Origin: Botryllus schlosseri | Lineage: Eukaryota | Length of the DNA: 64,000 nt | NCBI GenBank assembly: GCA_051294905.1 | Contig: CM119378.1 | Location: 2,358,001-2,422,000, forward strand | Reading direction: 5' to 3' | The notes under the pieces: generated by a model | What the model was told of the DNA's origin: nothing | Seen by the model: the letters and a program-made list of their open reading frames with translations, nothing else | The model's database searches: none | Shown: positions 22,547-36,478 of the stretch, piece by piece | How positions within the stretch are numbered: the first letter of the stretch is position 1 | How the letters are laid out: the number at the start of each line of letters is the position of its first letter | Made by a program: the position numbers and the translations under genes

Positions 22547-24027
22547 TTAAGCAGTATAAAGACTATCTCTAGGAGATTTCTGTTTTAGTTTTATTGTTTT
22601 GCGATTTTGAGACGTTTTGAACTGTTTTATTGTTTTGCGATTTTGAGACGTTTTGAACTGAGTATATTCCTAATAAACTGCATATCATCAATATTTCTCT
22701 TCGCAATGAATTTTACATAGCATGCAATAGCCTGTGGAATCAATGAGAAATATAATAACAAGTGTATTTGCCAACTATTATATTCAGAAATGAAGAGTTG
22801 ACCTGACATTGGGGTGCATCTTCTATTGTTTATCCAAACAATTTCGATTTTTTTTCTACTTTTATTATCAATGAGATTACCTAATTTGAGAAAAAAAAAA
22901 CGATTTCAATGTGAATTTAAAGCGTGATGCAACTACTTCACCTGCACATGCCGACCAGGATTGGTTGTTTAGTACATACAGGGTTGTAACCAATGTCATA
23001 AGCTTCTGAGTCACAAGTCTTACTTTTATAGTTTAGATCAGTGTTGGGATCGAGTCACTACCTTTGAGTCACGAGTCATTTTGAGTCATTGCACATTTTG
23101 ACTAGAGTCAAGTCAAGTCAAGTCACTCGGTTTTCAAAGGTGACTCGAGTCAAGTCAAGTCACGAGGTAAATTTTCGAGATATGATTTAAAGCCATTGCA
23201 TTATGCTAACTGTTTGAAACACATATGTGCCATTTATTCTGAATCGAGGAACGAATAAAGAGTTCGCGCATGCGCAGAAATACGCAAGTAGCCATAGCCC
23301 CTATATTGAATTATCAGCAAAACTAAACGATAAAATACGAAACCTCGGAAAGTTTAAAAAAAAAGGATATGGTGCAATACCCTACCCACCAACATATCCA
23401 TGAATACAATATAAACGTATAAACATTATTCGTTCTATTTAAAGCATACAACAGGGTTGGTTGAGGTGAGCACTGGGCACTTGAGCAGTTTAGAAAACAA
23501 AGATACATTGCTAGTATATTACTTTACTACTAGTTTCCGACAACATAAGCTGTAAGCTCCGATCACCACATTTGCGATCAATTTATTTGTGATATAAAAA
23601 TGGAGGCTCGGTAAAACACACAATAGGGCTGTTCAAAAAAAACTTTTTTTCCTGAATCTTGCTGGCTACGTGATTAAACCGTTAGGTTACCTTAAAAAAC
23701 AAAGCACACCAAATTTTACTTCATTCCAAACAATATTCGCGGATTGCGTACACTTTGAAAATTTTTAATTTACCCAGAGATGCAAAAAAAAATTTTTCCG
23801 AATTTTTCTGTCAACCCATGAAATTGTTGCGCTGTCCTCAAGACGATGCAAAACAAATTTGACTCAATTCCAACCTGTAAAAGCGGAGCTATTCGAGTTT
23901 TTCTTCCATAATTCGGGGATTATCCGAGAAAAGTTTCATCAAAACACCACAAGATTGGGATATAACGAAAATTTATGAGGGTGCCGAAATGGCTTGTAGT
24001 CTATTAGATACCCACCCTAGTCTAGAG

Positions 24028-24622
24028 CAGTGGTTCTCAACTGCCTGTACGCCAAATTGCCCAAATATATCAGACTTTTTTTAATCTCAATTCCAAAATG
24101 CAAGTTTGGAACATAGTTTACTGCATCGTGTTGTAATATAGCGTTTGTGGTTGGCTCTGATAGTAGGTCACAATGGTGCAGGTGTTGTATGAAATCATAT
24201 AAAAGCAGCATATGTATCGTTTTGGCAATTTAAATGTGAAAGATATGGAGACTTCTGAACACATGTTGTATAATTCCGACAGTGCATTAAGCGCCAATTG
24301 GCAGTATAGTGGAGACCATGGCAAACAGCATAGTAGCTTTTTTCAAAGGATACCCAACAATAAAAATGAAGATAGTATTAGTCATCTTGAAAGACCTGAT
24401 TTGGCGAGCTACGTCTTGCAGAAACTTCAATGAAACCACCAACCACGCATAATTATCCATAAAAGGCAGCATTAAATGTAGTTTCCAACATTACAATTGA
24501 TTTGTTTACGTTTGTTGTAATTAAATTCAGGGTTAATTTCGATTTTTTGAAGGTTTACCGGTCTGCACAATTTATTTTGAAGTTTTGCCGGTCCGCGCGC
24601 TCAAAAAGGTCGAGAACCACTG
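24028..24622. mobile_element. Non-autonomous hAT (Charlie-type) element, duplicated copy of 6080-6701
   Basis: CAGTGGTTCTC / GAGAACCACTG TIRs, TSD gtctagag/gcctagag, same flanks as 6080. Confidence 0.85.
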
Positions 24623-27290
24623 GCCTAGAGCATGTAAATAAGAGGCATGCACCCTGGATTTAAAGAGGATAACATAAAAAGCTGGTTATATCAAATGCCT
24701 CGCATTCGTGATATAGAAGTTTAACATACTTTTAATAGATTCAGCTTTTCAGGCCCTATTTTCAATCCCAGTACTGATAGATGATATACCAAAAATGAGG
24801 TAACTTTACTATTATATGAAGTTACAATGATATGTCGTGACTAAGTACAATTCGAGTCAATAAACAATTTGGCTCCAGTCAATAATTTTCCGTAGTTAAA
24901 AAATTGAGTCAAGTTGAATCATTCTCCACAAATTGACGTAAATCGAATATTTTTCGTATTTGAAAAATTGACGGGGTCGAGTAATTTTCTGTATTAAAAA
25001 AATTGACCAGAGTCAAGTCGAGTCACCATAAAATCGTGTCAACTACTTTTATTTGTCAAATTGATTGCATACCTCTGAAATCCGTTGCCTGACAGGTCCG
25101 ATTAAACGGTAAATTGCGACTCACCCACCCTAGTGAACAAAGTTGTGCAACTCGCATACAAAGGAAAATGATATTATTGATAATTATTCAAATCCATATA
25201 ATAATACAACAAAGGATATTCGACTGCTGTCGCATTCCAGTCTTACATATCGCTTATCGTAACTTTGACTATCCTAAAGCCTAAAAATAGTATAGTAAGA
25301 AAATGCAGCCTATCAGATGCATAGATATCTCAACTAGTTAAACGTGGAAATGATTTCTTGCGCTCTGCTCGGATTACCTTCGGTGTGATATATGCATCAT
25401 TATAATTCACAGCAATATACTCCTGAAGCCATGTTATGCTATGTCACGTTTCTGATTAAATAATGGATACCGCTGGTGTTGGGTAATGAAGGTATTTAGT
25501 ATGACCTATGCATGAAAGAGGAATTGGTCATTTCATCTGTAATCGCAACATATTTAATGATTGAAACAATGTAAAACTGTGTTTTAAGATATATTTGAAT
25601 GAGACAATACCTTTGTTTTATGTAATTTTTTCGATGGCATCTCTATATTACTTATGTTGTGATTCACAAAGAATTCAGTATATGCCTTGTTCTGTCTTGG
25701 ATGATTGTGCAACCTACATCGCTGACAAAAATAGTATCTGAGATATTGGGTAACTGAGGAAGTATAAAAAATGTATCAAATATGGTATGGAAGAATGTTG
25801 CTATGGCAGGATTGTAACCAAGGCACACGGTTCTGGGTCGAAAGTCAATTTGACTTGTATAGTTTTGACTCCAGTCCAGTCGAGTCATTTTTAATTCACC
25901 ACCGAGTCCAAACCAGGGAACAACGTACGGACTGCCGAGTCCTAGTGTTAAAACTCGAGTCAAGTCATAGTGTGCGGTATTCTGTTCAGTTCAGTTCATT
26001 TCTGTGCAACTCTTTGGTGATATCTAAGACCTCGGGTTCATAATATACATATTTTACTCTAAACATGTTTATTCAAACAGATAAATGCATATTTTTCAAT
26101 TATCGGTCACGAGTCATACAGAATGTACCAATTTATATGAATTGGTCGAGTCATGTTGACTCGAGTACGAGTCAATACACAAGTTAACACGAATCGGGTA
26201 ATTTTTCATTTTCAAGAAAATGAGAAAAGCCGCGTTGAGTCAACAAAAATTGTGACTCAAGTCAAGTCATGAATCGAGTCATTACAACTCTGTGTTATGG
26301 CATGGAAAACAGAAAGCATGGTATGAATTGATTAGGACGGGTACAGAATATGGAAATTTCTCGTTCCACACCCTACCATGCTATGCTCCGAGTGCATTGG
26401 GTCGGGTTAGCTTGTATTAAAAGTAGGTGTTAGACTAGCTTGTGAAGGTAAGTTTAGATCAGATGCGGGTTAATGTTAGTTGGAATTACGGTTGGTGTAG
26501 CGTGTATAAGATTGATCGCGATATGCGCTTTGCGATATCACAAAAACCATGTGTATGGCACACACATTGTTGTTTACCCTTATCCGCATTTAGATGACTG
26601 AATTCGCCTCCGGCCTGATTTACTGAAAATCATCATTCAAAAACATTGGCAAGTCCGTATTAGACTTGCTCTCGGTTGTTTTATCTAATAATTGCATCAT
26701 AGCTACTTAAGTAACAGTTGTAGTAATACCTTCAATTTCAACTCAAGTAGTAAGAGTAATGATTTCCAAGATATGTGAAAAATACTTGCAGTATAAATCT
26801 CCCCAAATGGTGACTGGATGATTGTACACATTAACACTATGATCATATCGCTGTACCAATGTCAACTTTCTTTTTGAAATTGACCATTTCATTTTCAAAT
26901 TTGACGGTTAGTTAGTTCGAAAAGTAGGTTGGAATTAAAAGTATATTTTCATTTGGAAAGCTGTGGTGATTCAAAATTCCAAGATGTGTCTCCGCAACTA
27001 ACCTCCAGGTCTGCCCAGTCCGGGTGGTATGACGAGTTCACTCTCTACTATTTTCAAGAAATTCAAGTGGGCTACTTTAGCTTCAAAAATTGTTGAATCA
27101 TATATAATTAAGTGGCGGTAGGATAGAATGAAAGTGACAAAGTGGTTCAAGTGGACAAAATCTACTTGAGTATATATACTTTGTGGATCCGCACAAGAAG
27201 AAGTATAAATAAATTTGCAGATAGCAATGAGAGTGTGTGTGCTTGCAATATTTGCTTTGCTACTTGTGCAAACGAGGCAAGATAAGGAGA

Positions 27291-27734
27291 TCAGCCAATC
27301 ATGTGAACAGCTAATAAATTAGAAAACAAATATAGGTGCGACTCTACACTACATCTTTTTGTTGGCATAGTTGCCAAGCAATCCTTTCTTGTGACTGAGG
27401 ATGATCTGTCAATATTAATTCCATCGTCAATGTATGAAATGTCAATAGTGGGTGCATGTAAATTTGACACTATATTAAAACTAACTTTTACTTCCTCATG
27501 GTTGCCATTGGTGTATTGAAGCACAGCAGGTGTCTTGCTGGTGCTTATCATCATGCTATCATATAATAGCCTAATGGTAATTGGTGTTATTATTGAAGCG
27601 AAATTTGTTTTTTCACAGTTCAAAGGCACTTGTTCAGGAGTGCCTAGTGCGACAAGATTACAGACTATAGCACCACCTCCGCCTAAGGAGATCCGAGTAA
27701 AAGTGATCAGAATTATGACGTGTTTTACTGTCAT
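27291..27734 (-). CDS. Hypothetical 147-aa protein with hydrophobic N-terminus (signal peptide or anchor)
   Basis: ATG-initiated intact ORF MTVKHVIILITFTRISLGGGGAIVCNLV..., head-to-head with gene B. The paralogue at 9653-10026 is broken. No recognised family. Confidence 0.35.
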   Translation of the reverse strand: MTVKHVIILITFTRISLGGGGAIVCNLVALGTPEQVPLNCEKTNFASIITPITIRLLYDSMMISTSKTPAVLQYTNGNHEEVKVSFNIVSNLHAPTIDISYIDDGINIDRSSSVTRKDCLATMPTKRCSVESHLYLFSNLLAVHMIG

Positions 27735-27998
27735 TTAAGGTGGAGAAAGGGGCAATGATTAGGTAGACTTTGCATAGTCATTTCAACACCCTTACTTTAG
27801 CATAAGAGGACTGGAATAAAAGTTATAACAACATAAAATTCACAGTTTACAACTTCAAGGAGTCGGATATGTTGCAATGTCAGTTCTTCAGTTCTATTGC
27901 CATTACATAAGGTTGCCATCATATTTACTTTGATATTGAAAAGTTCAGATAGTAGGCCTGCTGGTTTACTGCATAAGCACATTTGACGACAAACATCA

Positions 27999-28758
27999 AT
28001 GACCGAGAAACCTGAAATCAAACCTCCTCCCGATGTGCTGGTGCTGAATCTGGTCCCTTCAGATGCCCGGACGAAAGAAGATATTTCAGCCATCTCAAGT
28101 TTTTGGGAAACAAACAGGGGAAGTCGTATTATACGTTCTCAATCTTCAACTGGAGGCGAGTTTTTTACCAAGCAAATGGAAGAATATATTGGGCGTAAAA
28201 GATCAATGTATGTTATCTTCATACTGTCTGCAACAAATCAAGATGAATTTGAAAATACATTTCAGATGGCCAATGGCGTTGAATACCAGATATCAGACCT
28301 CCACGACTTCATTGCAGCACATTTACCAACAGATTGCCATGACATACCGAAGTTACTGATCTATCAGTTTTATGAGACAAAAACACAACAGAAAATGTTC
28401 CCAGCTTTGCAGATCCTCAAAACACCATTTGATGGAAGAACAGGAAAGAAAAAGTCAAGGAAACTTTTGAATACTTTAGAATGCTACACCATTGAACCTG
28501 TGTCAAGCTATACAGAACCTCGCCCTAGCTTATTTCTCCGTAATCTCAAGAATAGAAATCTATCCACAATACATAAAAATATAAAATTGGCATTTGGAGA
28601 TACGGCAAAAGCACTCGCGACTAAATATAGAGGGTCATATTCTATGAATTGGTATGATCAGTATTTCTTGGAAACTGAAATTGATGGCAAGCACCCACCA
28701 TTGGATAGGATTGATGAAGTGAATAAAAGAGACAATCAGCCTGATGAAGCCAAAAGAG
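27999..28758 (+). CDS. Gene B exon 1: highly degenerate caspase-fold domain lacking both catalytic residues
   Basis: Caspase motifs in order: VLVLN; ED...I..FW; YVIFILSA (MSH position); NG....I..L; DIPKLLIYQFY (PKLFFFQFC position); NTLECYT (DML.AYS); SLFLRNL (SWFI.AL). Donor G|GTAATT at 28759, phase 1. Confidence 0.75.
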
Positions 28759-29050
28759 GTAATTATTAGTATGCACTATGCAGCCACTACAAAATTATGC
28801 GTTCAACTTGTTTCTGTCCGTGGCGCAAAAAGCCTTTAGTTATGATAAGCGCCACTCATGCCAATCTTTTTACCTATAATATATATATACAAAATCTGAA
28901 AACTATTTCAAGCCGCACACAGCATCAGTTCATACTTTTAAAAGGTGCTTGTTGTGAGGCATATATTAAGACGTTACATATTTTTGCCTTGATATTTTCG
29001 CAGCATATACACTGACCCGTAATATACCTACACATGATTTGTTCATATGC

Positions 29051-29940
29051 CAGTGTTGGGATCAAGTCACTACCTTCGAGTCACGAGTCATTGCAGATTT
29101 TGACTCGAGTCAAGTCAAGTCACTCGATTTTTGGAGGTGACTCGAGTCAAGTCAAGTCACGAGTCAAGTCACAATTCAAGTCAAGTTGCCTTTTCGAAGT
29201 ATGAGGCATGCTTAGGTCATTGCATTTTGCTAGCTGTCTGAAATACAGACTGAGTGGTCATTGGTTCTGGACCTATAAACGAATATAGAGTTAAATGTAA
29301 ACTCAAGAAGGCACTGTATCGCTCACATATAAACCTATCAATGCTAAACTACGTAAGTAATTGCAAAGTCTCGGATTATAGTTTCTAGCCAAAATAGAGA
29401 AACGAATTGATAAGATGCGATAGATAAGCCATTTACAAATTCATATGATACAATTTTAGCCTGCGCCAATGGTTGAGGACTATAAAAACTATATTGGAAT
29501 TCAATTTCAATAAAACAAGGGGTTTGGTTAAGTTACGAACAGAGAACAGAAATACATATTTAGCAATTAAAATACTGTACTACTAGTTAATGACAGCGTA
29601 ACTTGTAAGCTTCGATCACTTCTTTTGCGGTCAATTCATTTGTGAAAGAACAATGGAGGCCCAGTTAAACGCACGATCATTGAATGATTGGTCGTTCTCA
29701 CGGGTTACACCTGCGTTTCGCTTGCAATCCGAACATATGCAAGACACAATGATTTTTATCGACATCAATTGCTTGATGACTCGAAATTGACTCGTGAATT
29801 TTGCTCCGAGTCACGAGTAAATCCACATTTTTTATATGCAGAGTCAAGTCAATTCATTTTAGCAAAGTGACTCGAGTCAAGTCAAGTCATACGAAAAAGG
29901 TGACTCGAGTCAAGTCATAACTCGAGTCATCCCAACACTG
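29051..29940. mobile_element. Non-autonomous hAT element with GACTCGAGTCAAGTCA subterminal repeats
   Basis: TIRs CAGTGTTGGGAT / ATCCCAACACTG; perfect 8-bp TSD tcatatgc. The paralogous site near 11426 is empty. Confidence 0.92.
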
Positions 29941-30029
29941 TCATATGCATACCATGAGTACAGGATGTGCATATGCCGCTGGACAAGGAAGGTGCATATA
30001 GCCTTGTAAGGCTTTCTAAGTCTTGCACC

Positions 30030-30186
30030 ACTCCTCCATGCTATCCCAGTAATGTTGAGCGTCAAGCTGGGAAACCATGGATACCAGTGTTACTAATCAG
30101 GTCTTTAGTCTGACCTGGCCTGGGTTCGAACCCACGACCTACCTATCAAGAAGCCGGACGCTCCACCATTACGCTATCTTGTTGGT
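30030..30186 (-). mobile_element. tRNA-derived SINE, 3'-truncated
   Basis: Matches the head and central domain of the SINE family (B box GGTTCGAACCC on the minus strand). Confidence 0.7.
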
Positions 30187-30383
30187 TAACCTATTCATGG
30201 AGTAGCGTTGTTGTCCGTTGCAAGTGTTGCAACATAAGTGCATGATTCAATAACCAAGAATAGGCTATTATGGGATGGAATTTCAATTACCACTGCAAAC
30301 CTTAAAACCATGAACTCTATGATTGGCTTCATATCTGCTATTTTTCAAACATTGCTCGTGATTTATGAATAAATATATTTCAG

Positions 30384-30831
30384 ATCACCTACAAGGAATG
30401 CGAGAAATGGATAAGGAGCTTTCCGAGATGGTAAACAAAATCAAGCAATTGAACAAATTCAAGAAAGCCTTGAATGAGATCCTACCACAAAACATCACGG
30501 AAAAGAAAATTAAGTTACTGAGCAAAATTTGTGAGAAATTAAAATACTTGAGTTGCTGGGAAATAATGCACAGTGCAGCCCAAGAAGGAATATCATTGCT
30601 GGAGGGTTCAACAACAAGAGAATGGAAAATCATCGTACTACTTGACTTCTATCTATTATCTGCAGAAGCAAGCACATTTATGAATAAGCGGGATGATGTG
30701 TTGAAATACCTACATGACTTTGAAAAATTTTATGTATCTTTACCAGTAACCCATGAATCAAGGAATATCCGGAAGGAGCAATACAGTGACATAAAGAAGC
30801 GAAAGGATACTCTGATGACAAATCTAATGAA
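30384..30831 (+). CDS. Gene B exon 2: alpha-helical, TPR-like region
   Basis: Acceptor atatttcag|AT (phase 1) and donor AA|GTAAGT (phase 2) match the flanking exons. Amphipathic helices LLSKICEKLKYLSCWEIMHSAAQEGISLL and FYLLSAEASTFMNKRDDVLKYL. Confidence 0.75.
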
Positions 30832-31353
30832 GTAAGTTGAGCTTATGAATGTGTATAATGCGTCTCGTGAAATTGTTCGTGCTTTCCATTGGCCTTATAA
30901 TAGAAGATTTTAGTAGGGCAGGTTGACACTGATTTTCAATCACTGTTTCAGATGAGATTCGTTAGCCATGAACTGTAGCTGAAATATTGTAGGCCTACTT
31001 CAAATAGTGAACTGAATCAGATCAAAGTTAGAAAATGAATTCTGGTGGGTTTATGATTCATGCTAATATGCCAACATTTACCTGTGTATAATCGCAAAAT
31101 ACGGGGTAGTTGCAGTGTTGGGACGATTCGAGTCAACATTTTTAGATGACTTGACGGTGAGTCACTTTGAAAAAATGACTCGACTTGACTCAGCGTGTCA
31201 AAAACGTGACTTGACTCGAGTCACCTTGAAAATTGAACGACTTTACTTGACTCGAGTCAAAATTTGCAATGACTCGACATGACTTGTGACTCTTATAGGT
31301 AGTGACTTGTACTGTAAGAGTCATATTCAGTCCCTAGACAGTAGACACTAAAC

Positions 31354-32690
31354 CAAGGGTCGGCAACCTACGGCCCGGGGGCCGGATCCGGCCCGCCAAG
31401 CCAAATCGTCCGGCCCACGACATAATAATTAGTTATCACAAGAATACGGCCCGCCGTTTCATAATGAGTTTCAATCTGCAGTGCAGCACTGCATGCCAAA
31501 AATGCGGCATTGCTGCTATATAATAGTAGCCTACATTGTATTAGTCTATTGTTACGCCATAAAACGAAGGTGGTTGAAGTAGGAGATGGAGATAGACTAG
31601 ACTGGATCAGTGCTTATCAATCGGGTGTATCTCGCAACCAAAGGTGTTCCATACTTTTTAAAGGGTTTACCACTGTAATGGAGTGTGACAATAAAGGTGT
31701 CCTTCCTTTGCTTCAAAAACGCTTGGAACATCTCAGACGCAATGACGGAATCTCAAATTGTTCAATTATAGATAAGTAGCCTCCGTATGTTAGTTAGCCT
31801 ATCTATAGTTTCATTTTCCAGAAGGCATTGTGTGCCAAGACAACAAACCTGAATAGTGTTTTGGCCACAATGGTCAAAACTGTTAATATGATTTTTGTCT
31901 CATTAACTGAATCAGTTACGCCAGATATTACTAGAAGCAGAGAATCAATATGGTGATGTCATGTAGGCCTATATCTGTCATGTTCGCGCATCAAGTGGAG
32001 CAGCTATGCTTACACGAGTGTATGAACTGAGAAATGAAATAGCAACTTTCCTCGAAAACACAAATATCGCCGACTCATGATCTTGTAATCGAAAATGGGT
32101 ATCTCATCTTGCTTTCCTGGTACATTTAACGTCACATCTGAACAAATTGAATTTGCAACTTCAGGGGGAAAACAACTAAATACATCAGATGTCGAGGCGC
32201 ATTTAAAACAAATCTGTGCCTCTGGAAATGTCAACAGTACAAAGAAAATTATGCTCACTTTCCTATACTGGAGGAGAGAAAACCTAGTACCAACATTACA
32301 TTTGTAACCGTGATACGAAATTTAACTACTGAATATTCACCCGCTTTTCCGACATTCCTTCTCTACAAAATGAATTCTGACTATTCAGTACTCCGTTTAA
32401 TGTGGACGCCAATACCATTGCCTGAAAATTTCATATGGGGCTTTCTGAAATGAGATGCAGTTGAATTGAATGACAAATTTCATACAAAGATCATATCGCT
32501 GCATGACTTTGACAAAGGGTACGTTCTTAAAATTGGTCTTTATCCCAGCTTGACCAACAATGCAAAAGAAATTGCATCGATTTTTGGAAGCTCGTACGCA
32601 TGTGAACAATAGTTTTGAACAATAAAATTCATGAAGCTAAGATCACGTATTTCGGACGTTCATTTTAAATAGGGTCTGATTCTTGTTTCA
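31354..32690 (+). mobile_element. Decayed hAT transposon (Charlie/SPIN/GTF2IRD2-like transposase remnants)
   Basis: Left end CAAGGGTCGGCAACCTACGGCCCG; frameshifted remnants such as ALCAK...VKTVNMI, YGDV and YELRNEI.TFL. Right end not identified. Confidence 0.65.
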
Positions 32691-33535
32691 TCTGACTTGT
32701 TACCAGAAGTTGAAAACCTTTCACAAAGCAAGCTGCGTCAATTGTCAAATTTATTCTGTGTTTCATGTCGGCCTGGGTTCTTCTGATATTCTTTAAATAC
32801 GTAATCCCATCAAAGTTACAATATGGCATATTCTGTTGGGATGCTGCTAGTATAACTGCACTCGAGTCACTGCTTAAGCCACTGCATAATGTACTCCGTA
32901 TGATAGCTAGGGCCCTAAAGGGGCCTAATTGTCCATCCAGCAAGTCGCTGCTGAAGAGATTCGGTGTCCTAAACATAGAAGATATGCGGCAACTAGAAAT
33001 CCTAAAGTTTATGTATCAGTTCCACTGCGGTCATTGCCCCGAATATTTCAATGACTTCTTTGCGTCGGAACCACAAGCGCACAAATAAAACACACACGCG
33101 TCCACGTCGTCCAAATATCATATGATCGACCGAAAAGATCATCGCTCTATCAAATATGCCGGACCTGATGTGTGGAACAGTATCCCGCTGGCCATCCGAC
33201 CGTCAACTAGCAGATCCACAGTCAAGTCGAAATACAAGCAATTTACTACTAAATAAATACTAGTCCGGCCTCAAGATTATCTGACCATGACCTGACCTAT
33301 CGATCCCACCTTCCGTGACAGGCCACCGTATTTCTTTCTGACGCTTGCGTTCTATTATGCTGTCTTCTTTTACTTTTCATTCAGTGTGCCTGTGCATGCC
33401 TCCTCTTTACATCGACTAGGCCCAGGTGGGTCTCTGATTCCATAGACTACTCCAAGTCGCTTCGACACCTTCCTATCTTGTCATTGCATCGCTTTTTTGT
33501 GGTGTATTGAACTGATAAAAATTGCTAATAAACCG
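32690..33535 (+). mobile_element. 5'-truncated LINE (L2/CR1 group)
   Basis: LQYGIFCW...LHNVLRMI...SKSLLKRFGVLNIEDMRQLEILKFMYQF, with a premature stop at 33086, then the family 3' UTR ending AATTGCTAATAAACC. 5' boundary approximate. Confidence 0.8.
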
Positions 33536-33868
33536 ATAGTAACTTGATCACAACATTGGGTAGTTGTTGCAGTGCGTTAATCTATAACATATATGAACTA
33601 TGCTAGTAGAACTCACTTTACTCAAATCAATATTCCTTGAAAAGTAATTTATCCAGGATAATGATTGCGATAAGCCCTTTTTGCAGTGCTGAACTGGATC
33701 CATACAATGATAGATGTTTTCTGCACAGTACAGTCAGGAAATTTCAGCAATCACATGGCCAAGAATCATCACTGCCTGAGAATACTCTGCAAAACATACA
33801 TATCCATTCCATGATATTTCAATATAATAATACATCTTAATATATATTGATTTCGTGTATATTTTCAG

Positions 33869-33906
33869 GGATACAAATACTGGTAGCAAGCTTCGTGCAA
33901 CACAGA
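33869..33906 (+). CDS. Gene B micro-exon 3 (38 nt; DTNTGSKLRATQ)
   Basis: tattttcag acceptor, GTAAGT donor, phase 2/1; paralogue of 16840-16877. Confidence 0.75.
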
Positions 33907-33974
33907 GTAAGTATAATGAATAATTCAATGACAGCAATAGCAAATAGATGACCACTCTACATCAAATATTTCAG

Positions 33975-34763
33975 TCATACCATGCCATGGAGGAGAGATA
34001 TTAACAGAAGATGCAAAAGTTAAACTGTTGCCAGGATCTGTAAAAAGTGCAACAGTGATGGAGTTGGAAACATACGTTCCAAAAAAAGCTGTGGTGGAAC
34101 CATCGATTAGAGTATCCCCAATATTAAAATTTTCGCCATGTCTTAAACTATCCGTTCCTGCGCAAGTTATAACGAAAACCTGGGTGATCCAAAAAGGGAC
34201 GAACAAATCCGAAGCCCAGGTATATTACAGAAAATCATATAGATGCAAATGGGAGTTGAATGAGAGCGTGATCATATGTGGAAATGGAAAAGCGTCGTTT
34301 CATACCGATAGATTTTGTGAGTACGCAATTTTCATCAAAACGCGCTTCAACTGGTATTTTAATGTGAAACCTTTCCTCTTTGGAAATCCTGATACAAAAA
34401 TGCTTGCAAATCGCTTGGTACTCAACTGCTCAACATGCACGTATGCATTGAAGAATGAGATGGGTGAAAAACAATGGATTCAAGTTTGTTCTCAAGACCA
34501 GAGCTTGAAGACTAAAATCAATGATGTAGTGGAGGTTGGAATTTCAGACATCAAAGATAAAGAAGGAAAAGAAGTCAGACCTCCATCACCCCAATCTGCT
34601 AAAATTGATACGACGTTCCTGAGTACAGGAGACCATTCAACTCAAGATTTCAGGCTTCCTATAAGCATGGAAGGTGTCATTGAATTCGATCATGACATCA
34701 TTCTTTTCAGACAAGATGAAGAAACATTCAGAAGAAAGCACAAAAAGGAGCGTGTAAACTTGG
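33975..34763 (+). CDS. Gene B exon 4: ZU5 + UPA-like domains
   Basis: Same length (789 nt), phases and motifs as 16945-17733 (HGGEI...VKLLPGSV...VSPILKFSP...FHTDRFCEY). Donor G|GTATGT at 34764. Confidence 0.8.
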
Positions 34764-36478
34764 GTATGTATCGGTAGAACAAATCGGTAGAACAAATAGG
34801 TAGAACACTAGGTGTATTGTCAAATCTTAAAATACCAAATCATGAAAACGATGTAGAATGTGGTAAACTTCTGTTGGGGTCAAGGAATTGGAAATTGACA
34901 ACCTTACGGAGTTGTTGTTTATCACTAGCGCGATATTTTTTTACCGAAAAAACAGAATATTTTGACAAAATTTTGCCTGCATGTATGTAAATTGGGTGTT
35001 TTCGCACATGTTAGAATTGTACTAATATTCATGATTCTAAATGTCTGTCCTTACGAAGCATTTGTCCTGAAAAAACATTTTTGACGTGAAAACGGACAAA
35101 TTTTTACAAAAAAATTGTTACATCACGCAACGAAAGATACTTTCCTACATTCTCGGGTAGAAAGTGCCTGTCCTTACCAAGTAGCTTGCCAAGAATGGAG
35201 AAAGAAAATTTAACAGCAGCAGTTGTTGGCTGACAACACTGAAGTTGTACGTACACTGCTGGTGACAAACCGTGTTGCTTCATTTTGACAATGTTGTCTA
35301 CATCACAATTTTTCATCACGCGTTTCCTTATATAAGTACCAATGTCCATTTCCCACGCAATCTGGCTATACATTCATTAAATAATGGCTCAATACAGAAA
35401 ATGTCAAGAATATTAATAGGCCGTATTTTAACCATCCGACATCGGTGTTGTGGTTTCACTACTATCCCCATTAGGAGCAAGTCGGTGGTATTGACACCCA
35501 ATTCGAAGAAGGCAAAATGAACACACCGAGTTCAGAGTCCTATGAAAATATGCATCAAATTATAGTTATTCTCAGAAGTGAAAACGACAATTTGAAACCA
35601 TTATATGCCGGCTACATGGATACATAGTTCCACAAAAATATAATTAAAATATCTGTGGTTTGACTACGTTTATAGCTAAATTACTTGCATTCCTCATAAC
35701 GCATAGGTCGCATATGCAGGGTAAACGCGAGAACAAAGGAAGCGCAGAAATATGCCAACTCATATCGTCGTTAGAATCACTGTATTTAACCAGCCAATTA
35801 TCCTATTTGCCAATCACGGTACGTTATTTATGAATAACGGTGTTGCTTTAGATTAGAATGCCTATGATCCAATATATAATGTTATATACTATTAGTTCAG
35901 TTTATTATTTAAATTTTATCAGCACAAACACCACAAGACTGAGATACAATGAAAAGATAGTAAGGTGTCGAAAAGACTTGAAGTAGTCTTTGAGATCAGA
36001 CACCCTGCTGGGCCTAGGCGATGTAAAGAGGAGCCATACAAATAGAATGAAAAGTAAAAGAAGTTAATATAAAAGGACATGATAAAGGATTGATAATAAC
36101 ATACTCAAATGAAAAACAAGCGCATGCATTTGGAGGTAGCATTTTGGAATCATTGACATCCTTACATGTTGTAAACAGATTGGGTCAATTTTTTGACCTA
36201 ACGCTATAATTTTGACTTTTTGGACATGTCAAAAAATATCGCCTTACTTATCACAATCCAGTATAATGTGAGAAATGTGATATCCAGTCTATTAGGACTA
36301 AATATTTTGTGAAAATAATGATGAAGTGGCATGATACGATGACATTGGTTTTTGGCCCTAAGTGTAACTTTTGGTAAAACGGCTCAACCTTTATTCAAAT
36401 TTGACCAATGAATATGATTTTGAATATGAATTTGATTATGTTTTCAGGTATTTAGAAATTGATTTCCCTGTTTTATAG

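Larger units (their letters stand above)
21045..30055 (+). repeat. Segmental duplication copy 2 (paralogous to about 4845-11545), with additional insertions
   Basis: See copy 1; boundaries approximate. Confidence 0.88.

Noticed and set aside
22589..22660. 36-bp exact tandem duplication
   Set aside because: Real, but a simple local slippage in non-coding DNA; single copy in the paralogous block and no functional hint.
29051..29940. Recurrent GACTCGAGTCAAGTCA motifs (also near 7400, 11950, 17900, 23050, 25850, 31130, 58730) as a CRISPR-like array
   Set aside because: Irregular spacing, no unique constant-length spacers, eukaryotic context. They lie inside TIR/TSD-bounded elements and are hAT subterminal repeats.
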